A DNA stretch of 64,000 nt from a candidate division FCPU426 bacterium (lineage in GTDB: Bacteria > Oederibacteriota > Muellerivitia > Muellerivitales > Muellerivitaceae), in NCBI GenBank assembly GCA_963771075.1, contig CAVYSE010000028.1, forward strand, positions 256,001-320,000, in the 5' to 3' direction. Made by a program: the position numbers and the translations under genes. A model generated the notes under the pieces. It had not been told where the DNA came from. It did no database searches and saw nothing but the letters and a program-made list of their open reading frames with translations. Below, in pieces: positions 51,786-61,850 of the stretch (its first letter is position 1; the number at the start of each line of letters is the position of its first letter).

Positions 51786-52109
51786 GAACATTGGGGTCAG
51801 GTCTTTATTTTATATTATCTATCCGGGCCTTGAACCGCGTCTCTCCCTCCATCCGCTTCTTTATTATCGCTATCCGGTTCCCCACGGTCGAAGAAGAAAA
51901 AAGGCGCCTGGCCAATATTCAACACTTTAAGCCGTTCATTCCCCTGGAACATTGGGGTCAGGTCTTTATTTTATATTATCTATCCGGGCCTTGAACCGCG
52001 TCTCTCCCTCCATCCGCTTCTTTATTATCGCTATCCGGTTCCCCACGGCCGAAGAAGAAAAAAGGCGCCTGGCCAATATTCAACACTTTAAGCCGTTCAT
52101 TCCCCTGGA
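51786..52109. repeat. Two tandem 161-bp units, each starting with a diverged RAYT-element 3' end
   Basis: Units start GAACATTGGGGTCAGGTCTTTATTTTATATTATC at 51786 and 51947. Confidence 0.9.
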
Positions 52110-52414
52110 GTCATTGATCATCGTACTCCTGAAATCTCCCTGGCGCCCTTCAGGAAATCAGTTTACAGTTCGCCCCAATAGCTCATGGCAATTGGGATCA
52201 CCAAACCACGCCTCTCACCTTGAAGGTTCGAGGCAGGAGACAGTTCGCAGCCCATAAACGGCAGAAAAACTGCAACATTATTGACCGATTTTGACCCTTT
52301 AGGCTTGTTCCCCACCCAAAAATTCGCTTTCAGTCAATTTTCCAATTGAAACAAGAAATGGGATCGATTTATTTTAAAAACCAAGGGCACCCATTTCTGA
52401 TTCGGAAATGGGTG

Positions 52415-52495
52415 CATGCCGACTCTTTCATGAGGATTTCATGGATGTCGGTATAGTCCCGATAACCTCAAAATCTTTATTTGAGAATCGGGACA
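52415..52495 (+). mobile_element. Putative CA-flanked two-hairpin mini-element, copy 3
   Basis: CA-TGCCGAC...GTCGGTATAGTCCCGAT...ATCGGGA-CA. Confidence 0.65.
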
Positions 52496-52642
52496 CCCAA
52501 GACACATCCAACAACTTGAGGTTGGTGGATAGGGGAGAATTCCATTAGTTGGCGGTCGACAGTCGACGGTCGGCAGTTAGGCCTTTAAAGCTGGCTGTCG
52601 ACAGTGGGCTGTGGACTGTCGACGGCCTTTGGAGGCTCCGCT

Positions 52643-55102
52643 ATGTCACAATCCCCATCTACCCCCGGTACACCCGAAGAATCGCCAAAAGCAAACCCGC
52701 CCGAAATCCTGGTCGTTTCCCTGGACCAAATGCTGGTCGTGCCGGAGGACAACCCCCGGGGGGCCTACCCCCAGCAAGATGTCTTGGACATGGCCCGAAC
52801 CCTCAAGCAGTCCGGACAGGAGGATCCCATCCTCCTGAGGCGCCGGACGCCCGAGGAAAGGGCTCAGGCCCACCCGGACATTCCCTATCGGCTGGTAGGG
52901 GGATTCCTCCGTGTTGCCGCCGCCCCCCTGGCGGGCCTGGCCGCCCTTGAAGCCATTGTGCGGGATATGACCCCCCAAAAGGCACTGCAAGCCGCAATCC
53001 TGGACAATGTTCGTAAAGACATGAATTGGCTGGCCTGGGCCCAATCCGCCGATAGCCTGATTAAGGACGGAATGAAGCTCCAAGAAGCCTCCGATGCACT
53101 TGCGAAAGATGCCTCATGGGTCGGAAAACTGCTAAAACTGTTGTCATTATTGGATTTTCCAACACGCCAGCTCATTTCGGAAAATTTCCGGAAAAAGGAC
53201 GGTTACGACCTTCCGGAATCCCATGCCCACTGTTTGGAAGACCTGGCGACCGGGGGGCCAAACGATCAGGTTCTTATAGGTAATGCCATACGAGTGGTAA
53301 TAGACCGCCAAATGCCTTTTGAACTTGTGAAAAAGCTGGTCGAATGGATCCAAAAGGGAAACAGCCCTGAAAGCTTCCCCCAAGACGGCAAAACAGAGGT
53401 CAAGAAGGGGGTTAAAAACCAGAGGTTCGACCCCGCCGACCCCCTGGCCAAGCTTTGGCAAGACCTGCCCCGCACCATCAAGGTGCGTCCGACACCCAAG
53501 GGCTATAAGGCGGTACTGGCCCTTTCTAAAGACGAAGCGGTACTGGCCCTTTATGGCGCCCTGGGCACGGTGGAGGAGGCCAAGAGGCTTCAAGGCCAGC
53601 CCCATGACCCCCGGTTCGCGGCTGCTTTGGCTGACCTCATTCCTGGAGGTAGGCCTGGTGGAATTCTGAATGCGTCCTTTCCGGCCTCCCCCGCCAGCCT
53701 GGGCCTGGGCTCCTGGCTTAAAGGGGTATGGGCGGCATGGATGGGCAGTCTTAAAGCTGGCGGTCCGAAGACACCAGCTGACAGCCCACAGTCGTCGGTC
53801 GACAGCACGCCAAACCCCGGGACAATGGAAAAAACTATATGGGAACTCTTGGCGGGGATCCCTATCACCGCCAAGATAAGGGCCAAAGTCAAGAAGGGGG
53901 AAAGGCCGACCTTTTGGGAAGTTCTCATCCTCCTTTTAGCCATCCTTGGGATGTTTTTGGGCTTGCTGGGGAAATACCTTTGGAAATTTGCCCAGGGGGG
54001 TTGGCGTTTGGCGAAGACCTTCCTCGGAAAGGCCTTCCGGCTCCTGGGGGAGGTGGTAGGCAAGCCCGCCAAGAAAATAACCCAGGGCGTGGTGGGTATC
54101 GCCTTGGTAGTGGGCCTGGCTTATGGGCTCTATCTATTCTTCTTCCACCCGGCAGGGCTAAGGGGCTTGTTGAGCCGGACCGCCTCCGGGGCAATCCATT
54201 GGGTAGGGTCTTGGGTAAACCCTTGGGAAGGCGATACGCACACCGATTCCCCTAAGGAATCGGTGCAATCAAGTCATGGGCCTCAACCAGCCGATTCCAC
54301 TATGGAATCGGCACAGTCACACCAAGCCCCCAATGGGCTTGGTATAGCCCAACCTTCATCACCCGTTTTGAGAACGGGTGATGGGGCGAATCCCGGGCCT
54401 CAGCTTGGGGCTTCGGCCCAGACGCAAGTTTCGGCCCAGATGAAGCCAGAGTCGGTACCTACGCCTGGTCTGAAACCTCCGGTTTCGGACCAAGCCTTGG
54501 CAGTACCCATATCTAAATCAGATATGGGTACCCCTGTTCCCACGCCTGAGGTTTTTAAAACTAAGCGCCTAAAACTCAAAACTTCTAAATCTCTGAAAAA
54601 GTCCATTCCGGTGGCAGTGGTTTCAACGCAAAACTCAACACCTAAAACTGAGAACGCGGCCCCATCGGGCCAGTCCCAGTTGGATCTTCTCAACCAAATC
54701 AACGCGGAATCAAAAACCGCCCAGGCTTTCGCCCAGGCCTTTTACGCGGCGGATTATAACGACCTGTTGGGCAGGAGAACCAAACTCAGCAAATATTTGA
54801 GCCCAGGCTATTCCGGCGCTTTTTTCAAAGCCTTTCCAATCGCTTTGAAGATCAAGGAAATCGGCGAACATAAGCTGGTTGAAAGTTTCAAACCCTTGGG
54901 CGACGCGAAACTGTTGAGGTCGGACGATCAATCGGAGGAATTCCAAGTGGAGGGCACATTGGTCACCCGGAGTGAGATGGATATTTCGGAACCCGTCACC
55001 ACCCAAAAACCCGCGGGGCTCGTGATTGACCTCTCCCGTGAGCCGGAGTCGAAGGGGCTAGTGACCGGCGTGCGGGAAATAGTTTTTCCGGGAAAAAAGT
55101 AG
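52643..55102 (+). CDS. ParB-like (ParB/Srx + HTH) protein with membrane segments, a long linker and an unknown C-terminal domain
   Basis: GGAGG RBS; NPR...GQEDPILL...YRLVGGFLRVAA...AILDNVRKD; HTH LQEASDALAKDASWVGKLL; two hydrophobic helices. Confidence 0.8.
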   Translation: MSQSPSTPGTPEESPKANPPEILVVSLDQMLVVPEDNPRGAYPQQDVLDMARTLKQSGQEDPILLRRRTPEERAQAHPDIPYRLVGGFLRVAAAPLAGLAALEAIVRDMTPQKALQAAILDNVRKDMNWLAWAQSADSLIKDGMKLQEASDALAKDASWVGKLLKLLSLLDFPTRQLISENFRKKDGYDLPESHAHCLEDLATGGPNDQVLIGNAIRVVIDRQMPFELVKKLVEWIQKGNSPESFPQDGKTEVKKGVKNQRFDPADPLAKLWQDLPRTIKVRPTPKGYKAVLALSKDEAVLALYGALGTVEEAKRLQGQPHDPRFAAALADLIPGGRPGGILNASFPASPASLGLGSWLKGVWAAWMGSLKAGGPKTPADSPQSSVDSTPNPGTMEKTIWELLAGIPITAKIRAKVKKGERPTFWEVLILLLAILGMFLGLLGKYLWKFAQGGWRLAKTFLGKAFRLLGEVVGKPAKKITQGVVGIALVVGLAYGLYLFFFHPAGLRGLLSRTASGAIHWVGSWVNPWEGDTHTDSPKESVQSSHGPQPADSTMESAQSHQAPNGLGIAQPSSPVLRTGDGANPGPQLGASAQTQVSAQMKPESVPTPGLKPPVSDQALAVPISKSDMGTPVPTPEVFKTKRLKLKTSKSLKKSIPVAVVSTQNSTPKTENAAPSGQSQLDLLNQINAESKTAQAFAQAFYAADYNDLLGRRTKLSKYLSPGYSGAFFKAFPIALKIKEIGEHKLVESFKPLGDAKLLRSDDQSEEFQVEGTLVTRSEMDISEPVTTQKPAGLVIDLSREPESKGLVTGVREIVFPGKK

Positions 55103-55404
55103 TGGTTCATTTTGAATAATTCCCCACTTCCCCCATGCCTCTACTGAGAAAAATGATACGGGGCATGGGGACGCCCCCATTTTCATTTCGTATGTTTTCA
55201 AATCAAAAATGGGGGTGAAAAAGGGGGGATAACTTCGCGAACATAGAATCAGATAAGCACTTACCAAACCTGAGTAAATCGCAGGTGCTTTGTGCATAGG
55301 CACGCAATTATTAGGTAGCAGAGGTGCCCTTTAGCTTCAAGGGTTCAAAATGCGGTTGTAACCGGCCATTTCCTTGAATTCAAAATCATTCCATTTGGTA
55401 ACCG

Positions 55405-55650
55405 TTAGTAAATCAGTATCTCCTTGCCGTCATAAAGGACGAAGGACAAATGGGCCGCAACCCCACCCAGTTGGTGCTGGAGCGTCATCGCCGCCCAGGT
55501 GGGCGCACAACCCTTCAGGACCACGTGCTTGCCCCGGTAGGGTTGGAGGTCGAACTGGGGTAGCTTTGATTTCACGGAAAATTCCGTGACCTTTCCATCC
55601 ATCCCAGCCAATACATCCGTATTAATCACAATCTTTTCGAGTGTTTCCAT
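55405..55650 (-). CDS. Small protein resembling the DUF2480 C-terminal region
   Basis: DLQPYRGKHVVLKGC...; downstream of an Fe-S carrier gene. Confidence 0.5.
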   Translation of the reverse strand: METLEKIVINTDVLAGMDGKVTEFSVKSKLPQFDLQPYRGKHVVLKGCAPTWAAMTLQHQLGGVAAHLSFVLYDGKEILIY

Positions 55651-55682
55651 TGCCCGCCCTTTTGAACGATGCGCTAAAAAAC

Positions 55683-55706
55683 AAAAGGCGGCTCGCGCCG
55701 CCTTTT
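55683..55706. terminator. Bidirectional-type terminator hairpin
   Basis: AAAAGGCGGC-TCGC-GCCGCCTTTT. Confidence 0.7.
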
Positions 55707-55729
55707 GGCATGAAATGGATTAGCGTTAT

Positions 55730-56053
55730 CTAGAAGCTGACGCTGTGCCCGCAACCACAAGAACCCGTGGAATTGGGATTCTCAATCACGAATCCCGCTC
55801 CCTTCAAATCCTCGACGTAGTCGATCTTGGACCCCTTCAGGTAATGGGCGCTTTGGGGATCAATCAACACTTCCACGTCCCCCGTCCTGGAGACCTCGTC
55901 ATCGTCTCGTTTTTGGTCAAAGGCGAAACCGTAGGAGAACCCGTTGCAGCCTCCACCCTGCACGTAAACTCGGAAATTCTTGCCTTGGTAGGACGTGTTT
56001 TTCGTAGCGAAATCCTTAACTTTGGAAACCGCCGAATCGGTCAATTGAACCAT
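55730..56053 (-). CDS. erpA: A-type Fe-S carrier (ErpA/IscA/HesB family)
   Basis: RVYVQGGGCNGFSY...IDY...NPNSTGSCGCGHS. Confidence 0.9.
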   Translation of the reverse strand: MVQLTDSAVSKVKDFATKNTSYQGKNFRVYVQGGGCNGFSYGFAFDQKRDDDEVSRTGDVEVLIDPQSAHYLKGSKIDYVEDLKGAGFVIENPNSTGSCGCGHSVSF

Positions 56054-56127
56054 GGTGTCCTCACTTCTCATGTCTAATGAAAATGATTATCAACTTACTA
56101 ATTATAGGTTGGTCTCCCCTTTCCAAG

Positions 56128-56636
56128 TCAAGGGGTCAGGGCAATACCCGGCTGGCCTTCCACCTTACGCCCCTGGATAAAAAGCAGGCCCACCCTTCTT
56201 TTTCCCGGCCCCTTTTGCCCCTCGGGAAGGCGGCCTGAAAAAGACCCCGGATTAAAGAAAAAGGTTTCCCCATATTGCCGGGCCAGAGGCTCAAAATTAT
56301 TTCCGAAGACCAGGACCTGCACCGGTTCCTCCTCGAATTGGCGCAGGAGAAATTGCTTCAAGTGCTGGGGCTTTCCATAGCCATGGGTAAGCCCCAAAGT
56401 GATGGGGCCCTGGCGCCAGGCGATCCGGACATACATCTCCGATCGGACGATAGAACTCTCGGCGTTGCCGCATACCCCCTTGGTGGGCGCCAATTGTTCC
56501 AGTTGTTCCAGAACCCTCAAGTCCCCCACCGGCCCCGCGTGGAGAATGGCGTCCACGCCCTTAAAGGCTCGTCGAAGCAGGTGAGATCACTCGATGTCAG
56601 CAAGGCGGCGGTATCCGCCAAGACCCCGAAGACCAT
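56128..56636 (-). CDS. YfcE/Vps29-like metallophosphoesterase-fold protein with degenerate metal ligands (frameshift near 56570)
   Basis: GVLADT, VDAILHAG, VCGNAE, THG and FFNPGS. Confidence 0.75.
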
Positions 56637-56736
56637 CCCATTCCTCCCTTTTTGACTTAGTGATAGCTTCACCTTACACTAGGCGCTCAATCCCATCCGG
56701 CGACTATTTCGCCGCCGGATCTATACCGGGGCATCC

Positions 56737-58382
56737 ATGAAAATCGCTATTTGCCAGATTAACACCACCGTGGGCGACTTTGACGGCAATATCGCCAAGG
56801 TCACCGGGGCGCTCCAAAAGGCCAAGAAACAGGGCTGTGCGATGGCCCTTTTTCCCGAATTGACCTTGACCGGGCTACCCCCCCGCGACCTGTTGGACCA
56901 TTTTTCCTTTTTCGAGGCCTCCCAAAAGGCAATGGAGCGGGTGGCCCAGGCTTCCAAGGGTATCCTTGCCGTCGTGGGCACCATCCTGGAAAACAAGGGT
57001 TCGGGCCCGGCGCTTTTTAACGCGGCCGTGGCGGTGAAGGATGGAAAGATCCTCCATATCTTACCACAAGGTCCTGCTTCCCAACTACGACGTCTTTGAT
57101 GAGGCCCGTTATTTCGCGCCGGCCGCCAAGCCCGCGCCCCCCTTTTCCTACCAGGGCCTGAAGATTGGCATTACCCTTTGCGAGGACATCTGGAACGCGC
57201 AAGGGCTTTTCCCGAACCGGCTTTACGAGAAGGACCCCGTCCTGGAGATCGCCAAGGGTAAACCCGATGTGATCCTGAACCTTTCCGCCTCCCCCTTTCA
57301 CGCCGCCAAGCTTCCCCTGCGCCAGGCCCTCTTGAAGGAGGTCACCCAAAAGACCGGGGCGCCCGTTCTTTATTGCAACCTGGTGGGCGGCAATGACGAG
57401 TTAGTCTTTGACGGCTGCAGCATGGCGATGGACGGGGGCGGGAACCTTTTCCAGGTCGGCAAAGCCTTTGAGGAGGATTTCTTCGTTTTCGATACCGAAA
57501 ACCCATCGGCCAAAAATCTTCCCCCAGCCATCACCGAAACCGGATGGATTTACCAGGCACTGGTAACGGGGACCCGGGACTACGTGCGCAAGTGCGGGTT
57601 TGAAAAGGTGCTGGTCGGGCTTTCGGGCGGCATCGATTCGGCCCTGGTGGCCTGCCATCGCCTCCGAGGCTTTGGGGCCGGAAAACGTCATGGGAGTCAC
57701 CATGCCCTCCCCCTTTTCTTCCAAAGGTTCCATCGAGGACTCGCGCCTGTTGGCGGAAGGGTTGGGCATCGAGTTCAAGGAAATCCCCATTACCCCCCTA
57801 TACCAGGCGGCTCGCTTCAAACCCTGACACCCGTTCTTTGAGGGGAAAAATCCCGATACGGCGGAGGAAAATATACAGGCTCGGTTACGCGGACTCCTTT
57901 TGATGGGCCTGTCCAACAAATTCAACCGCCTGGTACTTTCCACAGGCAATAAAAGCGAGCTGGCGGTGGGCTATTGCACCCTTTACGGCGACATGTGCGG
58001 GGGCCTGGCCGCCATCTCGGACGTCCCCAAGGGTATGGTCTATAAGCTGGCCGGCTACGCGAACCGGGTGAAGCCTGTAATCCCCCAAGCGGTCTTTGAC
58101 AAGGCTCCCTCGGCGGAATTAAGGCCCGGTCAAAAGGACCAGGATTCCCTGCCCCCCTACGATCTTTTGGACGGTATCCTCCGCCTTTACATCGAGGAAA
58201 ACCAGCCGCCTTCCAAGCTTGAAAAGGCGGGATACGACAAGGACCTCATCCAAAGCGTCGTGCAAATGATCAACCGCAACGAATACAAACGCCGACAGAT
58301 GGCGCCGGGCCTCAAGGTCACCACCAAGGCCTTCGGCATGGGCCGCCGCATGCCGATTGCCCAGAAGTTCAAGGATCATTAA
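56737..58382 (+). CDS. nadE: Glutamine-dependent NAD+ synthetase (frameshifts)
   Basis: [40 protein letters not shown]...[26 protein letters not shown] and EYKRRQ. Confidence 0.95.
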
Positions 58383-58472
58383 TTCCACCCAGGAATACGG
58401 AGACACAGGGTCAATCCCAATAATGATTTTCTCGGCGTCCCTCCGACTCACTGGCGAAAGAGGTCTTGGCTT

Positions 58473-59021
58473 ATGCCTAAAGATTTAATTGAACTGACAA
58501 AGGAAATCACATTCGAGGCGGCCCATTACCTGCATCATCCCGATTGGGACAGGGCCCGGAACCTGGAGACCTTTAAAAAATGCTCCGGCTACCGGAAAGA
58601 CAATCCGAAAGCCGTTCATTTTCCCCATGGGCATTCTTACCGCCTCAGGGTGACCGTGAAGGGTCCCATCCATCCCGATACGGGTTTCGTGATCGACTTT
58701 AAGGTCTTGAAGGAAATCTTAAAAAGGGAAGTGTTTGATCTTCTGGACCACCGCTTCATCAATCATGAGGTGGAACCCTTTAAAAAGGATCCCTACTTCC
58801 AGACCACCGTGGAAAACCTGCTGGTGGTGATCTGGAAAAGGCTGGAGCCGGTCCTCAAGAAAGAAAAGGTCGCCTTGCGCGAATTGACCCTTTGGGAGAC
58901 AGCCTCGAATTTCGCCACGCTCAGAAGACAAATAGGATCAGAAGCCGAAGGAAAGAGATTCGGGGTCTTCCGCCGGCTCAATGCATTCGGGCTCATTGAA
59001 AGTCGTCTTGTTGACCAGTGA
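58473..59021 (+). CDS. queD: 6-carboxytetrahydropterin / 6-pyruvoyl-tetrahydropterin synthase family protein
   Basis: FEAAH, HGHSY, GFVIDF, LDH, TTVENL and LWET. The true end is probably near 58940. Confidence 0.85.
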   Translation: MPKDLIELTKEITFEAAHYLHHPDWDRARNLETFKKCSGYRKDNPKAVHFPHGHSYRLRVTVKGPIHPDTGFVIDFKVLKEILKREVFDLLDHRFINHEVEPFKKDPYFQTTVENLLVVIWKRLEPVLKKEKVALRELTLWETASNFATLRRQIGSEAEGKRFGVFRRLNAFGLIESRLVDQ

Positions 59022-59630
59022 GCTGACCGCCAGGCCCGTCATTCGATCCGCGGGAAAGGGTCTCAAAAGCTCCTTCAGCTTCTTGAAATCCCGGTTATCC
59101 ACCGAATCCATCCACAAGGGAAAATCCTTTTCTTCCAGTATCACCGGCATCCGGTCGTGGATGGCCCTCACTTCCGCGTTTGGCGTGGTAGTCATGAGGC
59201 TTAAGGAATCAATGGTTCCCGTTTCCAATGTTCTGGGTGGCCCAAATCCCGGCCACCGCGAAGGGCCTCTCATCCTTCATTTTGAAATAATAGGGGCTGG
59301 GTTTCCCTCGCCTCGTGCCGCCAAACATAAAACCCATCCATCGGCACCAGACAACGCCATTTCTCGAAACTATCTTGAAAAAGGGTCCGGTCCTGGATGT
59401 CCTCCGCGCGGAGTATTGATGACCAACCGTCCGCCCTGGGTCCAGGAAGCCACGAACCCCCATTGAAGCATCTTGACGATCCGCGTTTGACTATCCATGG
59501 GGCGGATGACCGCAGGAACCAGGTGGGATGGAGCGATGTTATAGCTGGGTTTCCAATCAAAGGGTTTGTCCAGTTTGAATAACCCGGTTAGGGAGGACGG
59601 GCTGCTTTTTAGGACATATCGGGTACACAT
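58938..59630 (-). CDS. SOS response-associated peptidase (SRAP, YedK/HMCES family; frameshifts)
   Basis: MCTRY, SYNIAPS, WG, RCLVPMDGFY and IHDRMPVIL across several ORFs. Confidence 0.9.
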
Positions 59631-59709
59631 AGGATTTCATTGTAACAAACTAAGGAGGGTGTCCCCAAAATCAAAAACCCCCGCCGGCTTTTTCCGGAAG
59701 GGGTTCGTT

Positions 59710-59786
59710 TGGTGGACATTACTGGACTCGAACCAGTGACCTTCGCGATGTGAACGCGACGCTCTAACCAGCTGAGCTAAATGTCC
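59710..59786 (-). tRNA. tRNA-Val (anticodon CAC)
   Basis: GGACATTTAGCTCAGCTGGTTAGAGCGTCGCGTTCACATCGCGAAGGTCACTGGTTCGAGTCCAGTAATGTCCACCA forms a full cloverleaf with an encoded CCA. Confidence 0.97.
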
Positions 59787-59961
59787 CTATCAATCCACAT
59801 AACTAAACTACGGATAAATATCCTTCAAAATGCGGGAGTGAATGGATCTCCAAGGGAGTGTGCCTCTCTTGGAAGGTGGGGTAGTTTATAGTGAAAAAAA
59901 AGCCATTTCAACCAACATGGAAAACCAGCCTCGTTCCCCGGCTTCATCTTGGAATCAGCCG

Positions 59962-60450
59962 TTAAAAGAACTCCCACTTGCTGAACATTTTTTTCATTCC
60001 CGGCTCGCTCCAGGCGGTGTTTCCCTTCAAGGCCTTCATGGCCTTGGCCCGGGAAAACTCAAAATGCGCCACCTTTTGAAGACTGTCCCAGCTTGGCAAC
60101 CCATACGAGTCTCTTTCCAGCACATAAACGATATCCACCTTGACCATGTCCGCCTTCGCCGTAGCGGGATGAAGCTTGGCGGTTAATTCCAGGGCGGCGT
60201 CCGCAAGACGATATTTCCGGTCCTCCCCCTGGAAATTGGTTTTCGCGTCCTGGGCGTTCCAGAAATAGTGGACATAAGTCTCCTTATTGGAAACCAGGGT
60301 GTTCTTGGTAAACCAATCTACCCACGGGACGTCCGAGGCTTTCCAATGGCCCTGCGGGATGGTGATGACCGTCACTTGGGCGGTTGGCTCGGTCTGGGCC
60401 TTCAAAAGGCACGCCAAAAGTAGAAAGAACAAGGTCCATCGGGTTCTCAT
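59962..60450 (-). CDS. Exported hypothetical protein, paralogue of 63187-63723
   Basis: Signal peptide; YVHYFWNAQD...RLADAALEL...KVDIVYVLERDSYG. Confidence 0.8.
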   Translation of the reverse strand: MRTRWTLFFLLLACLLKAQTEPTAQVTVITIPQGHWKASDVPWVDWFTKNTLVSNKETYVHYFWNAQDAKTNFQGEDRKYRLADAALELTAKLHPATAKADMVKVDIVYVLERDSYGLPSWDSLQKVAHFEFSRAKAMKALKGNTAWSEPGMKKMFSKWEFF

Positions 60451-60506
60451 GATTCCTCCGGGAAATCCAATGTATTCAGGGTTTAAGCCAAGATAACCCT
60501 TTTAAA

Positions 60507-61713
60507 TCAAAAACTCAAAAAACATCTGGTGAATTTTACCACTTGATCCATGGGATAGAAGAAGAGGAGCCATCCATATGCCACAAAAACATTCGTCGCC
60601 GCCACACCGATCCACCGGCTGGCGGGCAAATCCGCGAACCGGCGGCCGAGGGCCGATTTTTCCCAAACATTGTGCACCACCATCCCCAAGCCCTGGTAGA
60701 GGCCCCAAATGCCGAAATGCCAGCTCGCCCCGTGCCACAACCCGCAGATGAAGAAAGTCAACATGAGGTTGAAGAACTGGCGGCCTTTTCCCTTTCGATT
60801 ACCGCCTAAGGAAATATAGATATAGTCCCGGATCCAGCTTGAAAGGGAGATATGCCAGCGCCGCCAAAACTCGGTGATGCTACTGGCAGATATAGGGGAA
60901 ATTGAAATTGGCGGGCAGGTCCAGCCCAATCATTTTGCCCAACCCAATAGCGATGTCGCTGTAGCCCGAGAAATCAAAAAGGATGCGGATGGAGAGGAGG
61001 GTGAGAAGAAGGCTGGTGGTCCCGAAGGACAGATCGGTCCTCTTTTCAAGCAGATGGATCACCATCGTGGCGTTATCCGCGATGACAAGTTTCTTGAAAA
61101 ATCCCAGCAAAACCTGGAAAAAACCCAGCAAGGCCTTTTCGGTCTCCGGGCGCTTTAATCCCGTCCTGAAGCTGGGCAAGGAAAGGCTGGTAGCGCTTAA
61201 TAGGGCCCCGAAACGATGGAGGGATAAAAAGAAGCAGAAAATGCCGAACTTGACCGGATTCTTCACCGGTTCACTGCCATGGTAAACGTCCGTCAGGTAA
61301 TGGACAAACTCGAAGGTGAAGAAAGATATGCCAAGGGGCATGGCGGGCTGGTAGGCGTGACCTAGAAGCCATTCCCCCGCCCCCCCGCCCAGGAGACTTC
61401 CAAGCGAAGAGACCAAGAGATGCTGGTACTTGTAATACAACAGTCCAACCAAGGGAACCAGGAGCGCGAAAAAGAATATCCATTTTCCCTTGCGCGGCTC
61501 TCCCCTTTTTTGCGCGATTTTCAAAGCAAAGAAATAGGTCAAGACCGCCATGACAAGGATGGGTTGGATTCCCGCGGGCCCGGCGAAATAGTATTGGAAG
61601 ACCACGCTGGCGATGAGCGCGAAGACAAGCCGAACCTGGGCCGTGGGCATGAGCCAAAGCAGGATGTAAAAGAGGACGAAAAAGATAAAAAACCAACTGG
61701 TGTTGAAGATCAA
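60507..61713 (-). CDS. MBOAT O-acyltransferase (DltB/AlgI-like; frameshifts)
   Basis: MIFNT, PLGISFFTF, KKLVIAD, FDFSGYSDIAIG, NFNFPY, EFWRRWHISLS and GLWHGA. Confidence 0.93.
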
Positions 61714-61730
61714 AAGGTATCCCCGGTTTC

Positions 61731-61850
61731 CTAAAAATCCACATAAATGAACTTGGATGCGGACAGGTCCCCCGAAAACAGGAGGATTGCCAGTAAGAGG
61801 AGAAAGAGCACCAGCCCCAATCCCATGCCTTTCAAGAACGAGCGATCCAT
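61731..61850 (-). CDS. DltX-like single-TM peptide (39 aa)
   Basis: MDRSFLKGMGLGLVLFLLLLAILLFSGDLSASKFIYVDF; TGATG overlap with the upstream SGNH gene. Confidence 0.8.
   Translation of the reverse strand: MDRSFLKGMGLGLVLFLLLLAILLFSGDLSASKFIYVDF

Noticed and set aside
51786..52109. Possible CRISPR array
   Set aside because: Only two near-identical 161-bp units, with no unique spacers and no cas genes; the sequence derives from a transposase end.
58938..59021. 84-bp convergent overlap of queD-like and SRAP genes as antisense regulation
   Set aside because: The QueD-like similarity ends before the overlap; a missed stop caused by an indel is simpler.
59710..59786. tRNA-Val as an island integration site
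   Set aside because: I found no integrase and no duplicated tRNA 3' end in the window.
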